Assembly: GCA_015233195.1 (NCBI GenBank)
Contig: JADFYE010000009.1
Coordinates: 8,026 to 72,025 of the forward strand
Source of the DNA: Candidatus Omnitrophota bacterium
GTDB lineage: Bacteria; Omnitrophota; Gorgyraeia; Zapsychrales; Zapsychraceae
Reading direction: 5' to 3'
DNA: 64,000 nt
Position 1 is the stretch's first letter. Every line of letters starts with the position of its first letter. Shown one piece after another: positions 55,744-64,000 of the stretch. The notes beneath the pieces were generated by a model. The model was not told the DNA's origin. It was given only the letters and a program-made list of their open reading frames with translations, and searched no databases. The position numbers and the translations under genes were made by a program.

Positions 55744-56532
55744 TTACAAATAACGATAAATATATTGCGGTAAATGATATTGAATATTGGTTAAAACATA
55801 ACCTATGATTTTACAATGCGCTTGATTCAATAATTCAGCAGCGCGATGTACCACCCCGCGATGAGTCCGTCCAGCCTCGATCATCATTACCACCCCATCT
55901 GCCATTGAACCAATGATACCAGCGTCTGTTACCGGAACTATCGGCGGCGTATCTATCAAAATAAAATCAAATTGACTTCTCAACTCTTTTAATAAATTTT
56001 GCATCGCTTCAGAATCCAGCAACTCTGAAGGATTGTGGGGAACTTCTCCTGAAGATATAAAACTAAGATGATCTACGTCTAATTGGAATATCGAATCTTC
56101 TATTGTTGCTTTTCCAGATAAAATTTCAGATAAGCCGAATTTCGATGATATCCCTAAATATTTACGGATACGTCCCCGGCGCATATCAGCGTCTATAAGC
56201 AAAACTTTTGGTTTTTGAGTAGCCTGCGCTAAAGTTATTGCTAAATTCAAAGAAGTAATAGTTTTACCCTCTGAATGTATTGAACTGGTCATAACTATAG
56301 TTTTTAACGAATTCTTTTTATGCAAAGACATAATATTCGTACGTAAAATTTTATATTGTTCTGATATCAAAGCTTTAGGGTCAAAATAAGGAACCAGCCT
56401 GACATCTACCTTCGAATCTGTAACTTTACGCACAATGATCTTGCCGCGGTGTTCGCTAATATTACTTATTTTGTCCAATCGCCCCAGACGTTCTTGAGCA
56501 GCTTTTTTCAATGCATCTGTGATTTTACCCAT
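55744..56532 (-). CDS. polysaccharide co-polymerase tyrosine autokinase, cytoplasmic ATPase subunit (BY-kinase)
   Basis: Walker A 'SIHSEGKT', A' 'VLLIDADMRR', B 'DFILIDTPP', Tyr-rich tail 'YHLPQYIYRYL'. Confidence 0.85.
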   Translation of the reverse strand: MGKITDALKKAAQERLGRLDKISNISEHRGKIIVRKVTDSKVDVRLVPYFDPKALISEQYKILRTNIMSLHKKNSLKTIVMTSSIHSEGKTITSLNLAITLAQATQKPKVLLIDADMRRGRIRKYLGISSKFGLSEILSGKATIEDSIFQLDVDHLSFISSGEVPHNPSELLDSEAMQNLLKELRSQFDFILIDTPPIVPVTDAGIIGSMADGVVMMIEAGRTHRGVVHRAAELLNQAHCKIIGYVLTNIQYHLPQYIYRYL

Positions 56533-56536
56533 AACA

Positions 56537-57406
56537 CTATCTCCGATCTATTTTAAGAACCTCTAATGCAAATTGTTTTCCAGCGCCTAATTGCATGGTT
56601 GGTGATTCTTGAATAACTTCCTCCATTAATTTTTCATCAACTAACAACTTTTCATAAATAAATCCGTTCAGTAAAGCGCTGTCACATATCTGATTAATAA
56701 GACGGGGAACCCCTTTAGTAAACCTGCAAATACGATCTAACGCTCCCTCACTAAAATATTCACGATCGCTTCCGCTGGCTATTTTAAGACGATGTTTTAT
56801 ATAATGCTGAATATCCTCATAAGATAAAGGAGTCAAATTAAAGAAAACCGCGATCCGCTGCCGTAATTGTTCCAGATTTGACAAAGCTAATTTTTGTTTA
56901 AGTTCAGGCTGTCCCATCAAAATTATCTGGATCAATTTTTCATTTTCAGTTTCCAAATTCGAAAGCATCCGGATCTCTTCCAAAACTGCCGACTTTAAAT
57001 TCTGAGCTTCATCGACTATCAAAACCACATTTACATCTTGTCTTAACTGTTCGATCAAAAACGTATTAAGCGCGGATAATAAACGTGCTTTAGACGGATG
57101 AGCCGAAGGACTTTCAATACCAAGCTCTTCAAGAAGCGTAGTCAAAAGGTCTCTGCCGCTTATATGAGTATTAGTTATCAAAGCAGTTTTGACATTTTTA
57201 TGATCCAACCTGCTTAATACAGTCCTGCATACTGTAGTCTTACCTGACCCAATATCTCCAGTCACGACCACAAAACCTTTGCGCGATTGGATCGCGTAAA
57301 GCAAAGTACTTAATGCTTCAGTATGTTTTGCGCTTTCAAAAAAATACCGAGAATCCGGCGTCATATTGAACGGCATTTCTTTAAATCCATAAAAATTTAA
57401 ATACAT
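56537..57406 (-). CDS. ExeA-like AAA ATPase (PEP-CTERM-locus secretion ATPase type)
   Basis: 'YLNFYGFKEMPF' N-terminus, Walker A 'GDIGSGKT', Walker B 'LIVDEAQN'. Start at the internal ATG 57406, directly after the upstream stop. Confidence 0.8.
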   Translation of the reverse strand: MYLNFYGFKEMPFNMTPDSRYFFESAKHTEALSTLLYAIQSRKGFVVVTGDIGSGKTTVCRTVLSRLDHKNVKTALITNTHISGRDLLTTLLEELGIESPSAHPSKARLLSALNTFLIEQLRQDVNVVLIVDEAQNLKSAVLEEIRMLSNLETENEKLIQIILMGQPELKQKLALSNLEQLRQRIAVFFNLTPLSYEDIQHYIKHRLKIASGSDREYFSEGALDRICRFTKGVPRLINQICDSALLNGFIYEKLLVDEKLMEEVIQESPTMQLGAGKQFALEVLKIDRR

Positions 57407-57408
57407 AA

Positions 57409-58689
57409 TTATTTCACCATTATTGATATTAATGAAAAAGCTACCAACAACAAAATTGACACAATTATCGTAACAATATACATCTGCCACTTTTTATTCC
57501 GTTCCACTGCCAAACTCTCTTCAGTATTAATCTTGGAAATAGCGCCCAATAAAGGCACACCTAAAAATTCTTTAGCATCTTCTACGTCTAAAAAAGATTT
57601 ATCTAAAAACTCAGCCGAGAAAACCAGACCTACTCCGGCTATTAAACCTAAAAACAATCCGCCTAAAGCCACTAAAATACGATTAGGTTTAACCGGGTAT
57701 AACGGAACCCGCGGCGGGTCAAGGATAGTATATCTAGTACCTTCTTTAGATTCCTGCAAACGCTGGGTTATTTTAGCGGTTTCTAGACGCTGTAAAAGCA
57801 TGTTATAGATCTGCTCATTAACATCCGCGTCTCTTGCCATTACATTGTCTAATTTATCCATTAACATAACCTTATAAACATCACCATTACCTTGTGAAGT
57901 TTGATTAGGCGAAGTCTGCCCTTCCAAATTTCCAATTGCTTTCTGAATTTCATTAATAAGCGGATTAGTTGCTCCAGACTTCAATGATGCTTCAGGCGTA
58001 TAATTCAAATTCTCTTTTTTTAACTCTTCTTTTTTACTATTTATCTGGTCTTTCAACTGACGGACCATAGGATGTTTATCAGTTGAATCTACCAACAACG
58101 CGTCTAATTGATCCTGCAATTTAGCGATCTCAGAAGATTTGATCTTCCCTTTATAAACCTGCAGCTGTTTCTCAATAAAAATTATAGCGTCGCTGGTTTC
58201 TTGATTTTGCTTTTTTACGTTCTTGCTTATAAATATATCAGTAGTGTTCTCAACTATAGATTTAGTTAATTCCGGGTTTTTGCCTTCATAAGACATTTCC
58301 AGCAAATTAGGTCCCCGCATTTGTATGACTATGTCTTTTTTTAATCCTAAAATCAATTTTTCAAAATCGAGTTTAGAATTTACATCTTTATCTAAATGTA
58401 AACGCTCAACTAACTCAATTAAACTGTTCCACCCTAAAATTGATTCACGAATCCCGCTCATCCGTTGCTGCACTGTAGTGGATACCGCGATTTTATCAAA
58501 CAAAGGATTATCAGTTTTCCCTTCCTCAACTAATATGGTGGTAGATGATTGATATTTTTTGGGTAATATCATACCCAGACCTGTGCCCAATACCAGACCC
58601 AATATAGTCGAGATAATTACATAATGCTTCCTATGAAAAAATATTTTAAAAAAATTCATGGGAGAAATTGCTTTATCTGAATCAGTCAT
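57409..58689 (-). CDS. chain-length determinant (Wzz/GumC-type polysaccharide co-polymerase)
   Basis: Two flanking TMs, long coiled-coil periplasmic region, Pro-rich 'PPRVPLYPVKPN' before the last TM. Confidence 0.85.
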   Translation of the reverse strand: MTDSDKAISPMNFFKIFFHRKHYVIISTILGLVLGTGLGMILPKKYQSSTTILVEEGKTDNPLFDKIAVSTTVQQRMSGIRESILGWNSLIELVERLHLDKDVNSKLDFEKLILGLKKDIVIQMRGPNLLEMSYEGKNPELTKSIVENTTDIFISKNVKKQNQETSDAIIFIEKQLQVYKGKIKSSEIAKLQDQLDALLVDSTDKHPMVRQLKDQINSKKEELKKENLNYTPEASLKSGATNPLINEIQKAIGNLEGQTSPNQTSQGNGDVYKVMLMDKLDNVMARDADVNEQIYNMLLQRLETAKITQRLQESKEGTRYTILDPPRVPLYPVKPNRILVALGGLFLGLIAGVGLVFSAEFLDKSFLDVEDAKEFLGVPLLGAISKINTEESLAVERNKKWQMYIVTIIVSILLLVAFSLISIMVK

Positions 58690-58700
58690 AAAACTCCTTT

Positions 58701-59486
58701 TTAAAGTCCACCAGTTGCAACCGTACGAGCAGCCCCTGCAGCTCCTCCAGTAGAAGTGATTGGTGCTGTAATCGGCGTAATAACCCGTAAAACTTTCGCC
58801 ATAAGGGTTGGCGGAACATATAAACTATCTCCAGGTCGCATAATTAAATTCTCGCGCAGATCGCCTTTTACTAACAATTTATCAATATCAATCGGACGAT
58901 TTATAGGTTTACCGTCTGAACTCGGAGTAATGACTTTCCCTTTTTGCAATTTAGCAGATAATAAAGGAAGCCCAGCTTGCACTAATGCTTCACGCACAGT
59001 TATAGTATTACCTCGCATATATATTTTCCCGGGAGCCGCAACCTCGCCAATAACATAAACCACTTTACTGTTATATTGTTTGATCACCACTGTAACTTCA
59101 GGAGAGATTATATAATCCGATAATTTATCTACTACCAAACTTTGGACCTGCTTTTTATTCATTCCTGATACAGAAAGATCACCTATAAATTCATATTGGA
59201 TCTTACCGTTACTGTTAACCGGATATTCACCACTGACTTCAGTATGACGCATGACTTTAATTTCTATCACATCATTAACACCTAAAGTATAATCTTCAGC
59301 GCCTTCAGGGTTTATCTCCAACAATGCGGGATCCGCAACTTTTACAACTTCTTTAGTGGTATTTTTACTTTCATCCACAACTTGTACTTTGGGAACACCA
59401 ACCGCTTCTTGAGCAAAAATTGTTGAAGATCCTAAATAAAATAAACTAATACTGCCAAGCATCAATAATCCTATTACCCTTTTCAT
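58701..59486 (-). CDS. polysaccharide export protein (Wza/EpsE-like)
   Basis: Signal peptide. 'YTLGVNDVIEIKV' Poly_export motif and SLBB-like domain. Start at ATG 59486, preceded by AAGGAG. Confidence 0.85.
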   Translation of the reverse strand: MKRVIGLLMLGSISLFYLGSSTIFAQEAVGVPKVQVVDESKNTTKEVVKVADPALLEINPEGAEDYTLGVNDVIEIKVMRHTEVSGEYPVNSNGKIQYEFIGDLSVSGMNKKQVQSLVVDKLSDYIISPEVTVVIKQYNSKVVYVIGEVAAPGKIYMRGNTITVREALVQAGLPLLSAKLQKGKVITPSSDGKPINRPIDIDKLLVKGDLRENLIMRPGDSLYVPPTLMAKVLRVITPITAPITSTGGAAGAARTVATGGL

Positions 59487-59517
59487 GGGTGTCTCCTTAA
59501 CAAATGTTAATAATTTT

Positions 59518-59706
59518 CTATTCAAATAATGCAACATGAAATGCTTTAATTTTACGAACATCAGCGTCGCTATACACCCGCCAGCCGCGCCAATCACGTT
59601 TAGGTTTGATGACTTTGCCATCCTTTTCCCAACGCGTTAAAGTTTTGGTACTGATGCCGATCACGCCAGCAACTTCAGTAATGGTTAACCGCTTTTCCAC
59701 TGCCAT
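59518..59706 (-). CDS. short MerR-type helix-turn-helix DNA-binding protein (62 aa, no effector domain)
   Basis: 'LTITEVAGVIGISTKTLTRWEKDGKV.P.R...GWRVYS..DV' MerR/HTH_17 pattern. Start at ATG 59706, preceded by TAAGGAGG. The track ORF's upstream extension is rejected. Confidence 0.75.
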   Translation of the reverse strand: MAVEKRLTITEVAGVIGISTKTLTRWEKDGKVIKPKRDWRGWRVYSDADVRKIKAFHVALFE

Positions 59707-59742
59707 CCTCCTTACCCCTCCCATCCGAATGTTTAATCTGTA

Positions 59743-59865
59743 GTCCCAGACATTCCCAGACAAAGTCTGACAACTATAAAGCATATTGAAATTAAAACAA
59801 TTATACCAAGGTATAATACCAACTGTTTGTCCTAGACAATCCCGGACAAAGTATGACAAATATAA
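59743..59865 (-). repeat. two 37-bp direct repeats with phased TTGTC motifs flanking a perfect palindrome (putative operator/promoter array)
   Basis: 59743-59779 and 59829-59865 share ~31/37 nt. On the minus strand each reads TTGTCAnACTTTGTCyGGGAwTGTCTrGGAC (TTGTC x3 at 10-bp spacing). Palindrome TTATACCaaGGTATAA lies at 59801-59816. Confidence 0.4.
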
Positions 59866-59917
59866 CACATGATTCGACAAATGTCACATAATACTAAAGG
59901 CGTACATTTTTATTAGC

Positions 59918-62536
59918 TTAAGGCTTGACCTGACCATCTTGAGTTATTATCCAATCAATGCCTTCAATGGATATTACCCAATAAGGTTTATAAGGAGAAT
60001 TTGAATAATACCCGGGCTTCCAAGCAAGCTGTGAAGAAGCAAAAGTAACACCACGTAATTTTCGTATTAACTCATAATATAAAACCTGAATCTTTAATAA
60101 CGCAGCACGATCCGCCTTCTTATATAGCAAATTAACTTCTCTTAAATAATCATTATAAAGACGCTGTTTTAATAAAATTTTAGCCTGTACAGAAGTTACA
60201 TTCAAAAACAATTCTGGTTTTTCCGTCCATGCTGCCTCTTTAAACTTTCCATCCTTAGCATTCAATATAATTACACCAGTAGCGTAAAAACCAGCGCGTT
60301 TTTTAGCGCCAAAAGGCAACAAATAATAATCTTCATTACGGTTATCCGTACGCGCGACTTTTATCAGCTCTCCTTGCTGTTTTTTCTCAAACGCTGCCAC
60401 AGCCTCTTTATTAATCAATAAATGCTGATCAACAATATCCCGCCAATTAGTCTTAATTTTTACGTTTTTACCAGCACGTAAAGTTAATTTGCCTTGCGCA
60501 AAATCCAAATTAGCCATATCAGGTTTTGATATACTAAGTTTAATATTTGATTTGCTTTTTACAGGCGGAGGTTCTGCAACTTGTAAAAATTTTCCATTAT
60601 ACTGGTCTGAAGAACTTACTGGAAAAAAATACGTTGAAGAAACTTCTGATACTGTTTTATAAGTATCACGTCCTATACCACTCGTCTTAGGATCAGTTAT
60701 CCAAAATCCATATACTGTAAAATCTGGACTATAAAAAGGATTCCTCGGATCTGGATTTGGATTATCGCTGGCAGCATATCCGTTAATAACTACCCAATTA
60801 TTATAATTGCCATATAAAGGAACAATTGCCGGAGTGTTAGCTTCTTCAACTAAATCTCCACCTGACCACCAAACCTTTTTTGTAACCCGGTAAGCCATCC
60901 AATGACAAATATCACGGATATATTTAACAAATGCGGTAGGATCGCCTGCAGTAGCATAAGTATCCACACTGAAATTATACCCTTGATACGGATTACCAGC
61001 AGGTAACGAATCATACCGGTCATAACTATCCGAAACTAATTGATCATAAGGATCAAAATGCCCCAACACTTTTGCGATTTCATTCGGATAAAGTTCTCCT
61101 CCCAATGTTCCTGGAAGACGCGCATATTGATATATCGAAGTTTGATCAATTAATGATTGACCAGCGCCTAAACGGATAAAATTAATTACCATTTGAGCTG
61201 AAGCTGCTGCAGTTGAAAAATACGGTGTTATATTTTCATATACCGGAACTGCTAAATGCAGATTATTTAAATATACCGGCTTTAAGTATTTTGCAAGCAA
61301 AGTATTATAAACTTGACGAGGAGTAACAAAATCAGCGCCTGCAGGGTCAGAATTTTTAGCAATTTTTACTAAACCCCACCACTCTTCGTTCATAAATTGA
61401 TCCGGAGCGTTACCAACTGGTCCAAACCCAAAATGATTCTGTGTATTATTACATACTGCACTATCTGTTCCGCATTGCCACTCGTAAGGCTTCCACCATT
61501 CATCTGAATATTCCATTATGGTGCCACCAATTACTTTGTCAGAATTATTTGCTATTTCTCCATATAATTGTCCAGCCCATACCGCCTGCGTTGCCTGATC
61601 TTCATACCCATTATCTGGATTATTAATATCTGAGGTGTGCCACGCATCCGCGCCATACTCGGAAACCCAAAAAGGTTTTTGTGATTTAACCGCATACGAC
61701 GTAAATGTTGAACCAAACGAAATTCCCTGATATAAATTTGAACCCCAAATATTCAAACTCGTCATTTGGCTATCAGTAGTTCCATAATCAGAAACACCAA
61801 TCATATTTATCCCGCCGTCAACAACTGCTACTGGATGAAAACTTGTGCCTTCTGCAGAATGTGCTGCTTCTGCCATTTCATTCACTAAAGAATAGTACGC
61901 CCTAATTTGCTGCCGTCCAGATTCAGTACTAGTATCAAATGCCAAATTATTTTCATTTCCAATAGCCCAAAACAAAAGCGCAGAGTGAAGTTTAAAAGCA
62001 TTCACATAAGCAGTGAATTTACTTATTAGTCCGGAACGTATGGAGGTATTAGTATAATCTGCTGTCGGCATATAAAATCCGGCGATAACTTTTAACCCGT
62101 GCGATTCAGCAGTATCAAATGTAGTTTGAGTCAAATACATCTGATTACGACCAATAGCAGTCCACTGGTTATACCACGGTGATAACGGATCCTGAACATC
62201 AGCAGCAGTCACAGTCATCTGATTTCCAAACCAAATACGAATAGTATTGGCATTCATATCAGATAACAAATTAAAATCACGGTCTAAAATTGCCGCATCA
62301 TCAAAAATATTATTCTGGCGAGGATCTCCGCTAGCATAGCCCCAATCACTTGGAAATCTACCAATAGGTGTAGGCATATAACTGACACCTTTTATAAAAT
62401 ATGGTTCGTCTATGCCATCCTGGTCGAAATCAACTACTAATTGTCGTCCTGAAACTTTTACAGTCTGATATGCTTCGGCAATCACGCAATTTGATAAAAC
62501 AATTACCCCTAAAATTAACCAAAATATTTTTTTCAT
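59918..62536 (-). CDS. secreted clan GH-A-like glycoside hydrolase with ~450-aa C-terminal region of unknown function
   Basis: Signal peptide (start at ATG 62536). 'NTIRIW', 'FWAIGNENN' (acid/base-like) and 'PFWVSEYG' (nucleophile-like) TIM-barrel GH patterns. Confidence 0.65.
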   Translation of the reverse strand: MKKIFWLILGVIVLSNCVIAEAYQTVKVSGRQLVVDFDQDGIDEPYFIKGVSYMPTPIGRFPSDWGYASGDPRQNNIFDDAAILDRDFNLLSDMNANTIRIWFGNQMTVTAADVQDPLSPWYNQWTAIGRNQMYLTQTTFDTAESHGLKVIAGFYMPTADYTNTSIRSGLISKFTAYVNAFKLHSALLFWAIGNENNLAFDTSTESGRQQIRAYYSLVNEMAEAAHSAEGTSFHPVAVVDGGINMIGVSDYGTTDSQMTSLNIWGSNLYQGISFGSTFTSYAVKSQKPFWVSEYGADAWHTSDINNPDNGYEDQATQAVWAGQLYGEIANNSDKVIGGTIMEYSDEWWKPYEWQCGTDSAVCNNTQNHFGFGPVGNAPDQFMNEEWWGLVKIAKNSDPAGADFVTPRQVYNTLLAKYLKPVYLNNLHLAVPVYENITPYFSTAAASAQMVINFIRLGAGQSLIDQTSIYQYARLPGTLGGELYPNEIAKVLGHFDPYDQLVSDSYDRYDSLPAGNPYQGYNFSVDTYATAGDPTAFVKYIRDICHWMAYRVTKKVWWSGGDLVEEANTPAIVPLYGNYNNWVVINGYAASDNPNPDPRNPFYSPDFTVYGFWITDPKTSGIGRDTYKTVSEVSSTYFFPVSSSDQYNGKFLQVAEPPPVKSKSNIKLSISKPDMANLDFAQGKLTLRAGKNVKIKTNWRDIVDQHLLINKEAVAAFEKKQQGELIKVARTDNRNEDYYLLPFGAKKRAGFYATGVIILNAKDGKFKEAAWTEKPELFLNVTSVQAKILLKQRLYNDYLREVNLLYKKADRAALLKIQVLYYELIRKLRGVTFASSQLAWKPGYYSNSPYKPYWVISIEGIDWIITQDGQVKP

Positions 62537-62558
62537 AAAATCCTTTTTGTCTTTTATC

Positions 62559-62579
62559 GGGCGGGTTACAAACCCGCCC
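62559..62579. other. GC-rich 9-bp hairpin in intergenic region
   Basis: gggcgggtt-aca-aacccgccc. No convincing U-tract on either strand. Confidence 0.4.
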
Positions 62580-62606
62580 CTACGAACTTTTACCACATAT
62601 TACATA

Positions 62607-62960
62607 CTATTTCCTCGCATAATCATCTTCAACACGTTCAATATCGTCTTCGCCTAAATAATCACCGCAAGCGACTTCAATAAAAACTAATTTAGTAGTA
62701 CCAGTGTTAGCTATACGATGCAATGCTCCTAATGGAATATCAATTATATCTCCGCCTTTTATATTTTTTTCTACGCTATCCAGCGTAATTATTCCTGTAC
62801 CAGTTACAATATTCCATTTTTCAGAACGCTTAAAATGTTTTTGCAAACTCAAACGGCATCCAGGGTTTACCTCAACCCGCTTAACCCATACTCCTTCTTC
62901 CTGCAGAAATTTTATATAATTGCCCCAAGGACGTTCATTAAAATTAATTTGTATATCCAC
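62607..62960 (-). CDS. cupin-domain protein (type II phosphomannose isomerase C-terminal-like)
   Basis: 'RPWGNY......VKR.EV.PG.RLSLQKH..RSE.W.IV.G' pattern. GTG start preceded by AGGAGA. Confidence 0.8.
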   Translation of the reverse strand: MDIQINFNERPWGNYIKFLQEEGVWVKRVEVNPGCRLSLQKHFKRSEKWNIVTGTGIITLDSVEKNIKGGDIIDIPLGALHRIANTGTTKLVFIEVACGDYLGEDDIERVEDDYARK

Positions 62961-62970
62961 GAGCTTTCTC

Positions 62971-64000
62971 CTATTTTTTAAACATTTCTACGATTCTCTT
63001 AAGATCGTTCTTTGTGTGTAGGCTAGAAATATAAAACGGTCGTCTAAAATCAGGCTGAAATAATATTCCTGCCTTTAATAATTTCTGCCACAAATTATAA
63101 TATGAATCTTTATCATACAAAGAGTTATTAAGTATAAAGCCTAACATGCTGCCTTGGCAATAGGCCCTAAAGTCTGACTGATTTTTTTCCAACTCAGTTT
63201 TCAAATACATAACCTTTTCATTCAAAGTCTGATAAAAACGTTTATCCAACAAACGTAACGTTGCCAGAGCAGTTCGTGCCACCACTGGACTAAAAGGCAA
63301 AACTTTCAATCTGCTGTTTATCAGTCCATTCATAACTTCTTTTTTCCCCGCAACAGCGCCAAATGAAAAACCACCGCCTATTACTCTCCCTAAACAGATC
63401 AGATCAAAATCAATATTTTTAGCCTGACAAACACTACCCTCTAAAACCCTCCAACCACAAGTTATCTCATCTGCTATAAAACACGCCCCAATATCTTTAC
63501 TCGTTAAACACACAATATTTAAAAATTCTTCATCAATACGAATATCTACCCTATAAGTAGGTATAGGTTCAATTATTATCCCCGCAATATCTTTTTTATT
63601 TTCAGATAAAATTCGTAAGAAAGCCCGGCTATCTCCATAAGGCACATAAATTACATCCTGATCAGATAAAAATTGTGAACTATAACACCCGACAAATGTG
63701 ATTATCTTTTTACGACCAGTCGATAATTTGGCTAAATTCGCAGCCTGGTGAATTGCTTCAAATTCTGAACCAAAAAGACCTACTTTTTCAACCGACGGGA
63801 TCTTCTCTTTAATAAACCGTGCTAACCCAGCTTCATCTCTAGATATTCCACCAAAATTTAAACCGCGTTCAACTGCAACTTTTGTAGCAGTTTCCAAATT
63901 GCGATGTCCATGCCCCAAAATCAAAGCCCCGTCTGATAAAAACAAATCTAAATAACTTTGTTTTTCAAAATCATATAACTTTGAACCTGCGCCATGTTTA
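62971..64000 (-). CDS. divergent glutamate-1-semialdehyde aminomutase-like class III aminotransferase homolog, 5'-truncated by window edge
   Basis: Frame is open to nt 64000 ('..KHGAGSKLYDFEKQSYLDLFLSDGALILGHGH'). HemL-like throughout, but the PLP-lysine position reads 'CLGRVIGGG'. Confidence 0.75.
   Translation of the reverse strand, partial: KHGAGSKLYDFEKQSYLDLFLSDGALILGHGHRNLETATKVAVERGLNFGGISRDEAGLARFIKEKIPSVEKVGLFGSEFEAIHQAANLAKLSTGRKKIITFVGCYSSQFLSDQDVIYVPYGDSRAFLRILSENKKDIAGIIIEPIPTYRVDIRIDEEFLNIVCLTSKDIGACFIADEITCGWRVLEGSVCQAKNIDFDLICLGRVIGGGFSFGAVAGKKEVMNGLINSRLKVLPFSPVVARTALATLRLLDKRFYQTLNEKVMYLKTELEKNQSDFRAYCQGSMLGFILNNSLYDKDSYYNLWQKLLKAGILFQPDFRRPFYISSLHTKNDLKRIVEMFKK

Noticed and set aside
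59707-59880. Long N-terminal extension of the MerR-like ORF (track start 59880)
   Set aside because: A strong TAAGGAGG sits 0-8 nt before the internal ATG at 59706. The extension is Cys/Tyr/Asn-rich, unlike the HTH family, and overlaps the repeat array.
1-64000. CRISPR arrays, rRNA genes, prophage or integrative-element hallmarks, known defence-system genes
   Set aside because: None were recognised. The only short-period direct repeats found are the coding 108-bp repeats and the regulatory repeats listed above. The CPBP/Abi-like protease alone is insufficient to call a defence system.

Overview
AT-rich bacterial chromosomal window. I saw no rRNA, CRISPR array, transposase or integrase, and the lineage cannot be assigned by eye. 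All calls come from reading the sequence and ORF translations; no searches were run.

Left ~27 kb, mostly + strand, is largely housekeeping:
- 3' end of a sodium:solute symporter, a membrane-anchored ankyrin-repeat protein, and tRNA-Pro(GGG).
- A tightly packed run: PilZ, hom, thrC, coaB, apgM-like, lysC, cimA, valS, nadC.
- A CPBP protease, a PIN-PhoH ATPase, and a CoxM/S/L-type molybdoenzyme with MocA and XdhC maturation genes.

Right ~37 kb is entirely on the - strand. About 30 kb of it (64000 down to 33798) is a near-gapless PEP-CTERM/exosortase exopolysaccharide locus. It encodes exosortase, EpsI, a priming sugar transferase, a PEP-CTERM protein, Wza/Wzz/BY-kinase/ExeA-like ATPase, Wzx, a Wzy-like protein, many glycosyltransferases, a deacetylase, a DUF4091 protein, an ATP-grasp enzyme and a CapK-like/GT4 fusion.

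The most unusual region is 27.3-33.8 kb, at the 3' end of that locus:
- Two tandemly duplicated ~2.6-kb units each encode a large secreted protein: signal peptide, ~560-aa domain of unknown family, CGxG...CD cysteine-rich repeats, and a C-terminal Ig-like domain.
- The upstream copy is preceded by two complete c-di-GMP-I (GEMM-I) riboswitches in tandem, each with its own intrinsic terminator. The distal aptamer carries a 46-nt two-hairpin insertion inside the conserved core.
- The downstream copy keeps the leader terminator and only a gutted aptamer remnant behind its own sigma70-like promoter.
- A DUF134 DNA-binding protein with paired palindromic sites lies just downstream.

I propose this c-di-GMP-gated cassette as the candidate novel system. 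Its function and the direction of regulation remain inference.
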